Notes: generated from the letters alone by a model not told the origin. Numbered from the stretch's first letter, positions 13,101-26,842 are shown. The stretch: DNA of 64,000 bases from Phoronis australis (GCA_002633005.1 NMRA01000007.1:437136-501135), one strand, 5' to 3'. Translations and numbers: made by a program.

Positions 13101-15681
13101 TGTGAGAGCAAAAAGCTAATTTTGCTTGAACCAATTTCAAATTTTTTTAGTCGAGGCAGGCAGAGTTATCAAAGACAAAACAGAATTGTGATGTTCATGA
13201 ACATTTGGTGACTGTTTTTTATGTGACTCAGGCGACCATTCTATCGTACATGACATTGGAAAACAAAGCTATATCGGTATATGCATATTGAAGATTTTCA
13301 CTCTCAGTAATTGTATTCGATCTGGAGACGCTGGTTTTTCAATTGGTCCAGGTGCAAATATGTACGAATAAGACAAAAAAATAATTATATTTTAAGTACA
13401 CAAGACAGCACGGATTAGACAAGAATAGATTAGACGCAGAAATAACGAGACGAGATACGATAACGTGATATGTAAAACACCTGAAGTAAAACTAAAAACA
13501 TGGACAAAAGAACTGAAGCATGAAAATGATTATTTATTCGTAAAATAACCAGATTGGATATTCTGAAAACTGGGCATATCTCAAGGCAAATAGGAGTCGG
13601 TTGTAGGATGTAGCGGCCCTGTAAATATAAGTGTTCTTCCATTGTTTTAGTGGAATCTAGGAACTTAGACGAATACCTGTAGGTTGTTTCTCAAATGTGT
13701 GTTGTATTAATGAATGAATGGATCTAAAGGTGCTTTGGACCGTGGTGAAGAATTGTAAACTTGATGAAGTCGAAATGAGATTATGTTTGATATTGCAAGT
13801 TGTTCTGTCCTAGGCGTACAGGAAGAGTTGTTACTGGCATATCCTGGTATGAGCCCCAAGATAACCATACCAGTGTGATTTTGAAGTTCATAGTAGCCAG
13901 ACTTCAATAATTGAGTTCTCTCTCAGACTGTGTCGCAATAGTTGAAGAGTTGTACAAAAGATTTGGGGAGTTGAGGTCTAGATACTTAGACACTTTTCAA
14001 GGTGCTATGGAATTCAGCTTAATAATACGTTTTTTTTTGACTTGTTAGTGTGTAGAATTTGATTTTAGACTCATTTCTAGTCTGCCATTATTTGGGTCAG
14101 GTGACTATGTCTTTTTAGTGAAATTAAACAAAAAAGAAAGTGTGTTCATAGCAAAAATGGTATACAAGTTCTTTCCAAAGTTCACCAACAGTTTTTGAAC
14201 TTGATTATTGGAATAAGTTGCCTACCATTGATAAAAGATGGTTAATTCCTTTGTTCTATAAATAAATGAGGGCCTAATTATTTATATCTGTTGACTGATT
14301 AGTGAGCTTTTGAATGTGCAGTCTCATGGCAGAGGAGCACTTGATTGAACTTTCTTTTTCAGGATACTTGAGAACTTTATTACGCTGAGGGCTTCACCAA
14401 CACAATATAACGGTTGGATTTCTATCTTTCGTGTTTTGACTTTTTTAATCAATTCATCAACACATCACAAGTATGGTGTAGTTACGCCAATTTCGGACAA
14501 AAATAATTGCCAAGATTGTCTTTTTTCGTTTCACAAAAGCTTCTAACTATGTTGTGGTTGTTCAACATTGCATGATGGTAGCTATGGTATTGAACTCATT
14601 ACTGTCAGCACGCCATCTGTTGGCCAAATATTTCACTTGTCCGCCATGTTGTGTCATAAATTGGTCAGATTTTAGTTAAACGCCAGACAGTCTATTAGTG
14701 GCGTTGCCCATTAACGAACTGTTGCCTTCACCTCTTTCCAGCTTGTTTTTACCAATGTCACGCTTACTCCTACTTCGAGATTTGTGAATACCCCAAGTTT
14801 TTCATCGCATTTTCTCGACAAAATGAGTGATGAACCTTCTTCCGAGCCACCTAAAATAGTCTCAGTTATTTGGTTTTCTGAGAATCCACGACACGCATGT
14901 TTTATTTTTCCTAACGTATTTAAAGGAGGTGTATACACTGATCAAATCTCAAGAGTAGCAACTAGTTTGACATGACTCTGAAAGTGAGAAAAAAGTTTTT
15001 ATTATATTCGTTATTAATCAACCTGACATAAGAAGATGAAGATGTCACTCTCAGTATCAAATCTTAGTTGATGCTTTGGTCTATAGAATTCAAAACTGGT
15101 TTTGTATAGTGTTGCCACTTGCCAAAAGACCAAGGATGAGGAAAAGCTCACATTTATGTTTCGAGTCTACTGTTGAGTGATGCGTTTTGTTCTGTATGCA
15201 AGGAAAATTTGACAGGATTCTAAAGCACGCACTCTCAAAAAGAATGGAGAACAGTCTTGTCAACAAAGTTACGCTTGTTTCTAATACTTGATTTTTATGC
15301 ACAATGGCTAAAACAAGCCCATGAGTGCTGCTGAAGGAATCTCCACAAGTATGTTCCTTTCATTTTGGACCGGTCGAAAGTCAAGGAGTATTTTGATGAC
15401 ATGGTTGCGAACTTCTGAGACAACTTGTATATAATGCAATACAAGATCCCAAAAATACCTGGTACTCACAAATTTCTAAATTCTCTTCTTCGTTTTTGTT
15501 TTATGCAACTGATTTTTTTCTTAAATGTCAATTTTCATTAGTACTTAAATTAAATGCACTATCGAAGTCTCCAAAAAAAGCAAATTTCTGATAGCTGTTT
15601 GGAGAGTATTACATAAATCGTTGTATCTGAAAGTTACGTAAACTGAAGTTGACCAAATTTTGATATTTTTCTGGGGTTACT

Positions 15682-16170
15682 AGTTATGTAGAACCCTAGA
15701 AAAGTGTCTGATCTTGGCCAACTTCGAAATTTCATAATTTCATAAATTGCTGGACAGGTCGGATTCCAAAGAAACTTTACTGGTAATAATATTCTCTTAA
15801 ATAGTGATAGGAATAGTTTTTGAAGTGTTCCACCTGTGCATGAGGGCCCATCAAAAAGAAGAATTTATATACATGTGATTTTTATGAAAAAACGTTAAAA
15901 ATTACATAAAACGATGCTTTATAAAACTGTACCAGTGTTTCAAGGTTTTTGTCTAGAACATTTTGTATCATACAAAATTTTCTCAAGTTATTGATACCGA
16001 TGTTTTGCCATGAATTATTGAAAACACATGGTCATGTGACTTAATTAATGTCAGATCGGTTTTAAATCAGAAACCAAATTTTGCAAAATTTGTACTTTCA
16101 GAAAATATATACGTTTGCCAAGTTAAATTTTATAGTTTTGTAGATGTCCGGGCTAAATACACTAGGTCGA
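15682..16170. repeat. decayed copy of the Kolobok-like family
   Basis: Left end AGTTATGTAGAACCCTA. Shares ACATGGTCA.GTGACT..ATTAATG.CAGAT and TACTTTCAGAAAATA with 29880-30000 and 20700-20790. Confidence 0.45.
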
Positions 16171-16480
16171 AAAGATGCTGCCATAGATTATAGACAACAG
16201 AGTTGCAACTCCGACATTTTCTTGTGAAATATCTTAGAGAAGGCGCCACCCATGAACATAGCAAATTCAGCGTCTGGTTAGTGTTGTGAAGGGAATTCTT
16301 GCATCTATTTTACTGTCCGGTGTAACATACGACATACTTGGTGGAAGTAAAATGTGCCAGATGTGACTAGTGAATGGTGACGTCCCAGCTTACCCCTAAG
16401 ATCAGATTTTGTCCTTGAAAATTTGCAGAGTTAATGGTCTGTGGTGTTACGTAACCTTAAACCAGTTTTAATGGTTGCAG

Positions 16481-16661
16481 GGACGACTACCTGGTGCGTG
16501 TGACCGCACAAGTCATGACGCGAGAGGACTCCAAAGGAGGCTGGTTCCCTGTCGAAGGTGGCGGACTCAGTACAGTCTATCTGAAGAAGTTCAAAGTGCC
16601 CAACCATGGTGACCAAAAACATGAATTTCACATTCATGGAAACCGATTCAGAGATAATCAG
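16481..16661 (+). CDS. SPRED: SPRED coding exon (N-terminal half of the EVH1 domain); internal exon, the upstream start exon was not identified
   Basis: ttgcag acceptor and gtatac donor. Translates DDYLVRVTAQVMTREDSKGGWFPVEGGGLSTVYLKK...IHGNRFRDNQ, matching the SPRED EVH1 start (vertebrate YIVRVKAVVMTRDDSSGGWFPQEGGG). Starts with 1 residual nt and ends in phase 0. Confidence 0.95.
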
Positions 16662-18553
16662 GTATACTCTGGTTAATTCTTACCTAAGTCTCTTGGATTG
16701 ATTAGCATAAAATTTCACAGTTTATCTGTTGAACACATTGTTATTTGGTGCTGTGCCCTCGATGCTTCAGTTGTGAGGCTGAATATCAGACTCATTTCCC
16801 GGTGAAAAATATTTTAAGACGATGCATCATTACCCTCACCAGGCCTTCAAGTTCCCCTTAGTTTCAGCTCAAGCACACACTGGACTCTTGGAATTAGTGC
16901 CGACCAGGTGGAGGGTAGAATTTGTGGCAACTTGGCTAGGGGTGGCATTTTCCCTTTTCTGAAGAAAAATTCTCCTACTAGAATCCCACGTGATGGCTGT
17001 GACAGGATCACGTTGAATTTTATGAACCCACATTTTGTAAGAAAGGAATGATAATGCTTATGCATGTGGGCACGTATACTACGACATCCTGTCTGGTTGG
17101 CTACTTGATATCTCAAAAATATTCATTCCCAATTAGTTGCAATTTGACACAAGGGCCTTTGGTATCTCTAGAATGGTGCATGCCTTTTTCCAATGTGCCT
17201 CATTTCTGGGCTCGGGAGTTTTGGAGGGAAGAGCGTTTCCGGTATTGAGACAATCAATTGACGGATTTCAGTGGAATTTGACACAGAGTTATATAACGGC
17301 AACGCACTAGCACCACTCGTTTTTCAGACAAATTCAATTTCTATAACACCCCCTAATGGTCAATGTAACTTCGACAAGATGTTTCATTTCGGTCAATTAT
17401 ATCACATTGACTACAGGTTTAGCATACCTTAAAAGGATACTAAGCCCTGTTTTGATGATTTCAACCAACCCTCGTACTGTCACCTGCTAATGCATCACTG
17501 GCGTCAGTCTTCCAAGTTTAAGACAGGAATCAACTGAAAACTCATGCTCCCTATGTCACAGATTGAGCATTTTGGTCCTTGGTGGGTGGTCTTTTAGCAG
17601 AGTTGCTGTGTAATTCTCTGAAAGCATAGGTCATGCTTGCCTGTTTAGCAGACTTTGAATGAAGTTTCCAAAATTTCCTCCAAACTTTTGAGGGTTGTCG
17701 AGGGTTATAGAGCATTATTTTGTTTCGGAGAACTGGATGGGAAAGTCGTTTTTAGTTTGGTATAAATTTAACGAATGGTATATGTTAGAAATACACTTAT
17801 ACCAATTAAATTGTGGGCATATTTGACTACAGTAACAACCACTCATTGTAGTTTTCAGCAAAATAATCCTTGTCAAAAGTGTTTCCAGATGATATCTAGA
17901 GAACCCTCCACGGATCTTTATGAAAGTGTCTGTCCGCTCTTGTCAAAATGCCAAAACAGATTTTAATAAAACTTATCACAGGGTTGTATGGTGGAAAAGT
18001 TGATTTTCAATTTTTTACGACTGAGAACTCACTGGGGGCCTATTTAGCAGACTTTGGCAAAACTTGTAACTTGGGTGGGAAACTGGGCCTGCATCAGCAC
18101 CTGTCAACTTGACTACCATAACAGCCTTTAGTATGAGTGTCAGCACTTCAGTCCACAAAACCAAAAGACATTCACGAAATTTTAAAATTATGTCCCATTG
18201 TTTATATTTTTCATTGTATCACACACAAAGCTGGTAAGTACCACTATGAAAATCTGCAAGTTTTACTGGATGTGAAATCTCTCTGCATGTTGGCTCATTT
18301 TAGCTGCCTGTTTGCTGTTTTTGTAATCTCTCACTCACATTGGAATAGTGGGACTCTTTTGGCCGATTCATTCTTATTATTGCATAGTCAATTGAAGTGG
18401 ATTGGGAAAGTGCTTGGTAATTGAATGTCGACTGCGCCCACACTCATCTTAACCACATATGAGCTTACAACACTTGATAGAATGTACCCTTGGATGTCTT
18501 TTTCTATTTGTTCCCTCTGTAGCGTTTGTAATATTATTGTTGATACCAAACAG

Positions 18554-18722
18554 GAAGTGCTCAACTGCATTCTGCGCAAGGATGTCCAGTACACAAAAGC
18601 CAATCCCACCTTTTACCACTGGACAACAATAGAGGGCAGGTTTGGCCTTACCTTCCAAAAGGCAGCAGACGCCAAAGCATTTGACCGTGCAGTCAAGCAT
18701 GCCATCGAAGAGCTGTTAGAAG
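18554..18722 (+). CDS. SPRED: SPRED coding exon (C-terminal half of the EVH1 domain)
   Basis: aaacag acceptor and gtacgc donor. EVLNCILRKDVQYTKANPTFYHW...FGLTFQKAADAKAFDRAVKHAIEELLE matches SPRED EVH1 (KDLVYTKANPTFHHW...FGLTFQSPADARAFDR). Phase 0 in, phase 1 out. Confidence 0.95.
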
Positions 18723-20346
18723 GTACGCGTGTCAAACATAAACATCCATGTTTCACTGTGTTTGCTGGATTATACTTAAGTTTGCATTTCAGGACTGCGT
18801 TCTGTTCGCAAGAACCTAAGCGAAAATGCAAGATCACGCAATTTTGTGAGTCATCACCATGCAGTACAAGCGATGTATGTGACCAAACTTGCTTTTCTGG
18901 CGAGTGTCTTGGGTCTGCAGAATGCAGCACATGTTCATGCTAATAGCCATTTCAAAAACAAAATTCAATGAATGGTCCATCATTTTGTAATCCTTTCATA
19001 ACCCTTTCTTCATCTCATTCAGTAAAAGAAACATTAAAGGAATATCACAAAATGAGCTTCAGAATGATAACGAAAGTGTTTTTGTTTACTGTAGCAAAAC
19101 ACAGTGTGCCTTTTTGAATTCGTTACCATGGCAATAACTAAACGATCTTCACAACAACGCCGACGATATATGCCTTATCATTTTTATTAATATCGGTTTC
19201 GCATCGCGACGATAATTTTTATCGTATACATGCCTTACTGTTACTTTGTCCTCTTATCTGTCTGATTATACTGTCTGCTTTGATACTGAATTAAACATCA
19301 GTTGCGTGGGCGTGTACTATACTGGCTGAAAATTACAGTTTATCTAATTTTGCTATAGCGCGTATGGAATACCATTCTTTTCCTAACAGCAGAATCGTCG
19401 CTGGGATTCAGTGCTCAGTCATCTTGGAATTGTCCTCATAATTTCAGGGCTGCCGTGGTGATTTTGGAATAAGTGCGGTGATTTTTTAAAACGGTCAGAG
19501 TGTGCCTACAACTGGCTGTGTTGATTTCAAAATGGCTAACATCGACTCTGAATACATGTTTCAAACCACATATATGCACATTAAAGATATGTGCTCTTGA
19601 TCATGTGTGATGCATGTCGTGGAAGTACACTGATAGCAGTGTTAAAGTGCTTCATTAAAAAGGAATGTTACCTTTTAAAGGTGTTTTTGTCCAATCTGGC
19701 ATATTCTACTGATAAACATATTTGTACCATTTTAATAATGTTAACTTAGCGAATATGACAATTCTTCAATGTGCAAGTGTGATGCAGTGACCAAGTAATG
19801 AAGGCGTCAACCGGTCCAAGGAAGCTGCGTACCAGTATGTTTTTCCGTCGTGAAAAGGGTTGAGACGCCAGCCGATTTTCAGTCCAAGTCCAAGCACATA
19901 ACAATTTGCACTTGACTCGAGCACTCATAGAGATGAGATAAAGCTGATCAGACACACAGTGGCATGGTCACAGCAACACAACTTCCAGTTTGAAGGATTG
20001 TTATCAATATTAAGTTTGTTTCAAAAGAAATCTACTTTAAAGGTTCAAAATTTGCCGGGTTGACAAGATGTGCCTTAACAAGGTTAACGGTGCCTTGTAA
20101 GGCGACGGTATTTATGCACTAAAGCGCTGCGTTTTGTTGAACCACAAGGTCATGCCTGAATTGGTGGCACAGAAATTTAGAAATTTAACAGAATTGACAA
20201 TCACGGCCTGGACATGGCCGCGTTTATGGAGCTTGTATGAAAAATTTAACCTTTCATACATGTGTGCTGTCTTAATATCTGAGTACGAAGTCTAAGTTTA
20301 GATGTAACGCCTGGATTTCAAATGTTTGTTTCTTATTTTAAGTGAA

Positions 20347-20838
20347 GGTTATGTAGGACCCTATGAAAATGTCCAAATTTGTCTTACTTCTGAACATTAC
20401 ATCTGAGCAATGGCTGATCACGTTCGTATGAAACTTCCAAGGCTTTTTTTCACTGTTCTCCAAAATGCTTCTAAGAATTGTTTGGGCCACTTTTGCATGA
20501 GGCTCTATCAAAAATGGGACTTTTCATGAAAAAGACTTGACTAAAATGAAAACGAAATGATGTTTTAGAAAATTGTAATTACGACACTTTCAAGATCTCA
20601 TCTTGAACATTCATATCAAATAAATTTGATTATGTCATTGAAACTGATGTTTTGCTATCAATGAAGCCTCATTTTTTGATAAATTTCACCCGAGCAATCG
20701 CAGATTGGTAAAATGTCAAGTCAAATTCTACATGCTTTGTACTTTCAGCGAATATATACTTTTAGTGACAGCTAAAACCTATAGTTTTGTATGGATTTGG
20801 CTAAATTCTCAACCGTGTCAGTAAGGTCCTAGATAACC
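20347..20838. mobile_element. non-autonomous DNA transposon, Kolobok-like termini
   Basis: TIRs GGTTATGTAGGACCCTA / TAAGGTCCTAGATAACC. Related old copies lie at about 15682-16170 and about 29500-30058, the latter ending ACATAACC-TTAA. Confidence 0.55.
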
Positions 20839-21479
20839 TAAGTTAGAGCAATCCCAGGCGTCACTGTTTCCTCTCTCTTGTCTCCTCTGTTCTTCCATTG
20901 TTTTAATTCTCTAAATATTACTTGTACTAAAACATTTGAAGGGTCTATATATCTAGTATCAAATTACAAACTAATGTAAATCCCTTCCTTTTTGTGCTGC
21001 CCTCTTGTGGACCTGGTAAGTAAATTAGCAGTTGACAGGGCCTATGAATATTATTAAGAGTTATCACACTGTAATAGTATGCATCAGGAAACCAAACATG
21101 AGAAATCAATTCATGGTGACTCAAAACGCTGTTCGTTGCCTTAAGGCCCAAAGGGCGTTTAGTGTATGTGATTAAGACAAATTCGCTTTGTTTTTATCTA
21201 GGCATATTCTTATCTTTCAGTATTTGCATTTATCATTTTATATCCGCCCGCACTTATGCACAGTGTATATCTATCGATGACCGAACTAGCCACATTTTTA
21301 TGAAACGTTCGTTATGAGGATTTGTAATCTAAGACCCCTCTCTCTATTTAGTCTCTTAAACAGTTTTTTCCAGGACTCCTGTGTAATCTTAGTTCTGTGT
21401 GAGCATTTATGTCTAGGACTTCTCTGTGACCTTAGTTTTATACGTCAAGACACTCAGTCTTATCTGTTGGCTTTTGTAG

Positions 21480-21526
21480 GAACTGGTGAATCTAAAACAG
21501 AAGCAGGAGAGGACGACGTCTTTATG
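21480..21526 (+). CDS. SPRED: SPRED small linker exon (47 nt)
   Basis: ttttgtag acceptor and gtgagt donor. GTGESKTEAGEDDVFM resembles the vertebrate SPRED2 linker EAELGDDDVF. Phase 1 in and phase 0 out fit both neighbouring exons. Confidence 0.88.
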
Positions 21527-21950
21527 GTGAGTGAATGAAGGGTTTTGTCCAGACAAATGAATACAAGAAAATGAAGACAACTCTTTAGCATGCAAATTAC
21601 AATGCGTGATTGTCGAAGTGTGCTCTTTAGAATTTCATATGGCTTTACTTTCATCACTGATATTGTTGTAAATAATTGCTTCTTGTGCAGGTGCATCACA
21701 TTCGTGTCATATTTTGTCCTGACCTTTGCCTCATTTTCATTTGACTCCATGGTTTTGTTATGTATGAGGAACTCGAAATTTGCTAGATAGTGCTAGCAGG
21801 AGAACAGTTACTGTGGTTAGTATATTAAGATGTTAAAAAGAGGCTCTTCTCTTCATTAGCACCTCCTATTGGAGGTAGAGTTGCCCATTGTGGTCTCATT
21901 GCCTGTCTGCATCATACTTGCCTGAACTTTGACCCCATTTGTTTTTGCAG

Positions 21951-22844
21951 GCACTCAACCTTCCGTTCGAGCGCAAAGACAGTTCGTCCCAATCTACAAG
22001 CACCACCAGTACAACCACGTCATCGCCAGCGCCACAATCACCACACCACCAAATCAATGATCCATTCTTTAGTCATACCGCCAACCACCAGCATTTCCAC
22101 CGTGTGCACTTCATGTCACGACCGCCACGCCGGTCGACAAGTCAGCCCACCACCGACATCAGGGGTCATAGCGAGCTAGGCGTGGACAATAAGGAGCCTG
22201 ACGTGTGGATACCAGCCAATCAGCATAGGGCATTACGTGCCACTAAATCTGATCAGGGGAGACTAGAGGAGGAATCTGTGGAACTCATGCGTGACTCATA
22301 CGTACACTTTACCAAAAAACGAACTTCCGTTCATGATTACCAATACCCCACACTTGATTCTGTTAAGACACCTACTCTAAAACGTGATTCGACATCGTCG
22401 AGTCCGAAGAAATATGATATTGTAACGCAGCAGCCACCACTGCCTCAGAAGAACTGGGGTCTTGGTGGCAGCCATAGACAAAACAAACTGTCATTGAACA
22501 GTGAGAGGGCGAGGTGTGTATTTTGCAATGAGATGTTCAACAAAGATGACAATCCGCGCGGGGGCTGTCCTGATGCCCCTGATCGGGGAGTAGACGTGGT
22601 GGAGAGCTTATCTTGCATGAAGTGCGCACGCTGCCCCCTGTATCACTGCGTCGCTGATGCAGATGGGGACTATGGCCATCCGTGCACCTGTGACACGCAG
22701 GATGAACTCAATTGTAAGAAGTGGACAGCACTAACAATCTTGTCCTTCTTCTGCCCCTGTTTGTGGTGCTACTTGCCCCTGAAGTGGTGTCATACCTGGG
22801 GCACCCACTGGGGCTGCTGTGGGGGTCGGCACAGGGCCCAATAA
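21951..22844 (+). CDS. SPRED: SPRED terminal exon (central region plus cysteine-rich Sprouty/SPR domain)
   Basis: tttttgcag acceptor. Contains DSYVHF..HDYQYP and the SPR domain ERARCVFCNEMF...CPDAPD...SCMKCA..LYHC..DADGDYGHPCTCD...W.AL..LS...PCLWCYLPL..CH...CCGGRH. TAA stop at 22842-22844. Confidence 0.95.
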   Translation, partial: ALNLPFERKDSSSQSTSTTSTTTSSPAPQSPHHQINDPFFSHTANHQHFHRVHFMSRPPRRSTSQPTTDIRGHSELGVDNKEPDVWIPANQHRALRATKSDQGRLEEESVELMRDSYVHFTKKRTSVHDYQYPTLDSVKTPTLKRDSTSSSPKKYDIVTQQPPLPQKNWGLGGSHRQNKLSLNSERARCVFCNEMFNKDDNPRGGCPDAPDRGVDVVESLSCMKCARCPLYHCVADADGDYGHPCTCDTQDELNCKKWTALTILSFFCPCLWCYLPLKWCHTWGTHWGCCGGRHRAQ

Positions 22845-24844
22845 TGGCGGCTTCCACTCTCTACATTAGCGGTCTTCCTAGATGTAGAATTCTTCACATT
22901 TACCTTATTCCAACTCATCAAACATGGAGGAATCGTGTTGATGGTACTTGACAATGCACGCACTTCATTCAAATCTCTCAGTTGTGACGTTGAACAAAGA
23001 GCCACAAGAGTTCCGAACAAAATTTGCAGTTGCCAATTTTGTCTTTGGCTTTTATCAAAAACACTTGTCACTTGCCTCGTATCTGTGTGTTTTGAATCAT
23101 GGAGTTAGTGGAAGTTGAATCCTTGTAAGTCACCTATAGACAATATAAGCCCTGTCCGTATGATAGATTTTCTTGTAGGTTTCTCCTATAGGTTTTATGT
23201 CTGGGGTTCGTGGCCTATCGGACACTACTGTTATTTCTTTGAATGACCTTGCTGACAGTTTACTGGAATGTATAGTATCATTGATATTTCATGTTGGTCG
23301 GTCACATGACTTCCCTCAGTCATGTGACATGACTTCCCTCAGTCATGTGCCAAAAGGGAATACACTGATAGATCTGAAGCATTATCTTTGATGTCAATGC
23401 TTTATTTCATAGTACAAATCCCGTGGGTCACAAAGTCATATCCTAGCACTTGACCTTGATACCATCAAAATCAACTAATCACATTACGTGAATTTTCGAA
23501 AGTTTATTCATAATGTGGAACATGACCGGCCAGTTGTCAACTAGAGTCTCGAATAAAGTTTTTGGCCTCTGGGCCCCTGTACTTCGGACCCATAGGTCAC
23601 ATCTTACAGGCAAAGCTATAGTGCGGACATGACTTGTGACTGAAAGACACTGTAGAAATGGCTCGTAATGAGATTAGTTCTTCGAAACCATTTTCGGAAC
23701 ATTATATCCAAATTACGGCGGACTTGGTGAAGTCTGTTATACAATTCCTCTGATTACTTGAGATTACTGGCGAAAGGCTTTTGTACTGTTGCGTGTGGTT
23801 GTCCTACTTTTTCTGTATTGACAGTAAATTTGGAATTGGTCCTTGGACATTCTTTAGTTGCCAGCCTGTAAATGACTTTCTTCAAGTGCAATACAAGTCA
23901 CGGATGTAGAAAGGTTTGACTAAAGGAATGTTTTTACAGTAATTTTGACATTTTTTTAGTTAAATTTCTTTTCTATTGCATTCTATTTAGCAAACAGAGA
24001 ATTATATGCAACTTAATGGCGGCCATTTTGTTGCTCTAGTATGTTAATGTATATATTCTTAACATTGAGATAAGTTCCTGTTTAACGTGCAGTATTATAA
24101 GCATCTTTAAGCCATTCATTTTTATATTGTGTGTTAAGATATTTAAGATTTAGCTTTCTACAGACTGATGTAGGTGAATTATGTTGCTGGTCTTGCAATC
24201 ATGGATCACAGTGTTGGACATGTGCTGAACTTTCTTGTGCTTCAACAACGGGTTTCATTCCTAGTGTTTCAAGTCATCCTTGTTTTCTCGCTTTTCAGAA
24301 AAAAGCAAGATTTTGTTTTCCAAATTGGCAATTCGTCACGATAAATTCACGAGATACTAATTTGCCATGTCTTTTCTTCTAAAACAGGAAATGGTGTTTG
24401 CTTTTGTTTTTTGTTTTTCAATTTTGTAAAAAGGACATTTCCTTATAATTCTATGATTCACTGTCTGAGTTTCAAATTAAAAACTCATCTGTTTTACGAT
24501 AGAAGCTATGCCGCAAATGTTAACGTATTATTACAGTAAATGAATTTCAACCCAATTGCATCATGCAGTGCATCAGCGAGTAAAAAAAAGAATGTCAGTA
24601 GCCATGACTTTTGAAAAAACTGACCAGCTTCAGTTCATTTGCAGGTGTTCTATCATCATTTCCTGTTGATGGTTGAAACCAGGGTTAATTATTTTATGAC
24701 TTTAGACAGTGATTGGGATCACGCAGCTATAATGTTGACAATTCAGTAAATCCCAGATCATTTTGTCTTGGAGGTGTTGTCACTTGTCTCAGTCGATTGT
24801 TTCAGCCTCTAATGTGTTAACGATTAGTTTTAGCAAACATACTT

Positions 24845-24970
24845 GGTCAGTTAGCAGTGGTAACAAAATTAGTTAGCAAGGTAGACCCTCAACCTGAAGA
24901 TTGTGGCTTCATACCTTTATTGCAATAGTTATGTAGCTGTGTCCTTGAGCAAAGCATTTTATCTGCACTG
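24845..24970 (+). mobile_element. degenerate SINE remnant (CORE-like central motif) in the putative SPRED 3' UTR
   Basis: TGTGTCCTTGAGCAAAGCATTTT resembles the CORE-SINE motif TGTG(T/A)CCTTGGGCAAG. It is preceded by a decayed tRNA-like segment. Confidence 0.4.
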
Positions 24971-25950
24971 TTTAGCAGCTGCATCTTTGAAGTCACCTCC
25001 GGGAATCTGAGACTGTGTCCTCCGAACTTTACTCGAGACTTGACCAATTGCATGTCACACATAGAATAAATTTTCGAAATTCATGGTATGTGATTGGTTA
25101 GTATTCGAGTACTGTTTCTAGTAGTTGGATAACCGAGGGCTTAGGATTAGCTGAATTGGTCGAATTAGCCTGATGGTTCATGAAGGATTCACTTTACGTT
25201 ACTTAGCAAGTTGGTTGCTGCCTGTCTTGTTGAGTGCTCAGTTGTCTTTCTATAGCCAGTGATGTTAGGGCATTAATGTCAGTGTACATTCCTGTACAAG
25301 TTTCCTCTTCTAGAGGTGACAACTGTATACGCATGCATGCATTTAGGCCCATCCACCTGTTTCTGATGCCTTCATCCAAAATTATGGAAAACCCTTTAGT
25401 AAAACTAAAGGCCAAGTATGTGAATGAAGATTTTCCTGTTTCTGTTTGAAGAACGAACAAAACATGGACATTTTCAAACAACATCAAACTATCTGTTAGT
25501 GAAATTGTACACCAGTGAGCAAAACACTGTAGCAAGAATTGATAAAAGGCACTTTTTGAACAGGCACGTGTGCCTAAATATCCGCATGTACGGTGCAGTC
25601 AAAACTAGACATTTGTTTTGTCAGTTGCAATATGCAATGTTACTTGATTGATCTAGTGAAGCTTTTGATTACGTTGAGCAAGATGAAATTGCTCTCTTGT
25701 TGTTGTAAAGAGCGCCTATGGGCAGTAGTTGTTACCACATGCCTGACGTGTGGACGAGGCCTTATATAGAGAGGGTCTTAACCATCTCATGGGTAATAAT
25801 ACCAGATTTGTGTGCTTTCTTAATGTAGATGACTCTACACTCTCTATGATGGTCACCAAAGACAGATGGTAGAGATGTACACCATTTATTTTGGATTGTT
25901 ATATTTAAAGGGGCTGTGAACCTGCCTTCTGAAGAAAGACTTGGTTTAGA

Positions 25951-26235
25951 TGGTAAAACTTCTTCAATTTGGGACAGTAAAAAATTAATTATTTTGTTGA
26001 AGGTCGGAGCTTGTCCTAAAGTCTAAAACTAGGCAATATCAGCCGTCCCAAATTCAAGAATTGCCAGAAAGATGACAAAATTACTTACCCTGAAAACACC
26101 TAATCCAAAATTTGAGAAATGTCATGATGCTAAAATCGCTCGTCCCCAATTCTGGAATGAAGAAAATTCAATTTTTGCTGGAGTTTTCGTGTCCAAAATT
26201 GTAGAGACTGTCCCAAATCGGAGAATTTTTTACTG
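25951..26235. mobile_element. MITE with GGTAAAA.TTCTC.AATTTGGGACAG TIRs (Tc1/mariner-pogo-like, TA flank)
   Basis: Inverted termini and internal TGTCCCAAATT repeats. Homologous copies lie at about 8740-8986 and 42966-43294. Confidence 0.65.
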
Positions 26236-26842
26236 TAAGCAGCGAGAGGTCTACATTATCAGTTTGTTTCTTTAGCACTACGTGGGCTTGTACCCACTTC
26301 AAGTTTTTGAAAGAAGACGGGTTCATTGCCCCTTACTGCATATTCCATAAGGGCGGATAGTTCACATTTATTTCAATCAGTAAAATGGCTTCCATGTTTG
26401 TTCATGCACATCTAGTTATTATTTCCCAGTTGTCAAAAAGCTCAAGTATCTATTCCCTGTGCCCGTCTTTGGATTGTGCATTTTGTAGTCTAACTTGATA
26501 TTCCATGTAGGACATTTTATCATGAAGAGTTCAGACAAAGACTGTAGGTATAGTGACTAGAACAATTGAGACTCTATTAGCCAAGTTACTTTTGTTAAGG
26601 TTTTAGTTGTCTGATTTTATCAATCCTTATATGGACATTAATTTAGAATCCCACATTTTAATATTGTCGATGTAATGGCAATGGTTAATTGTGCCAAACT
26701 TTTCGTGAGACTTTGTTGTGGGGCTCTCGTCATTGTGTCGGATGTCTGTGGCCCATTGTAAGTATCTGTGTGTGTGTGCACTTAAGTGCAGGAAGTATTC
26801 CTAATGTTATCATGTATTTTTAAAGCCAAAATTTTGTATTCA

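Noticed and set aside
18723-18943. Cys-rich ORF extension after the SPRED EVH1 exon
   Set aside because: Read-through past a good GT donor; the downstream exon continues the SPRED homology in phase.
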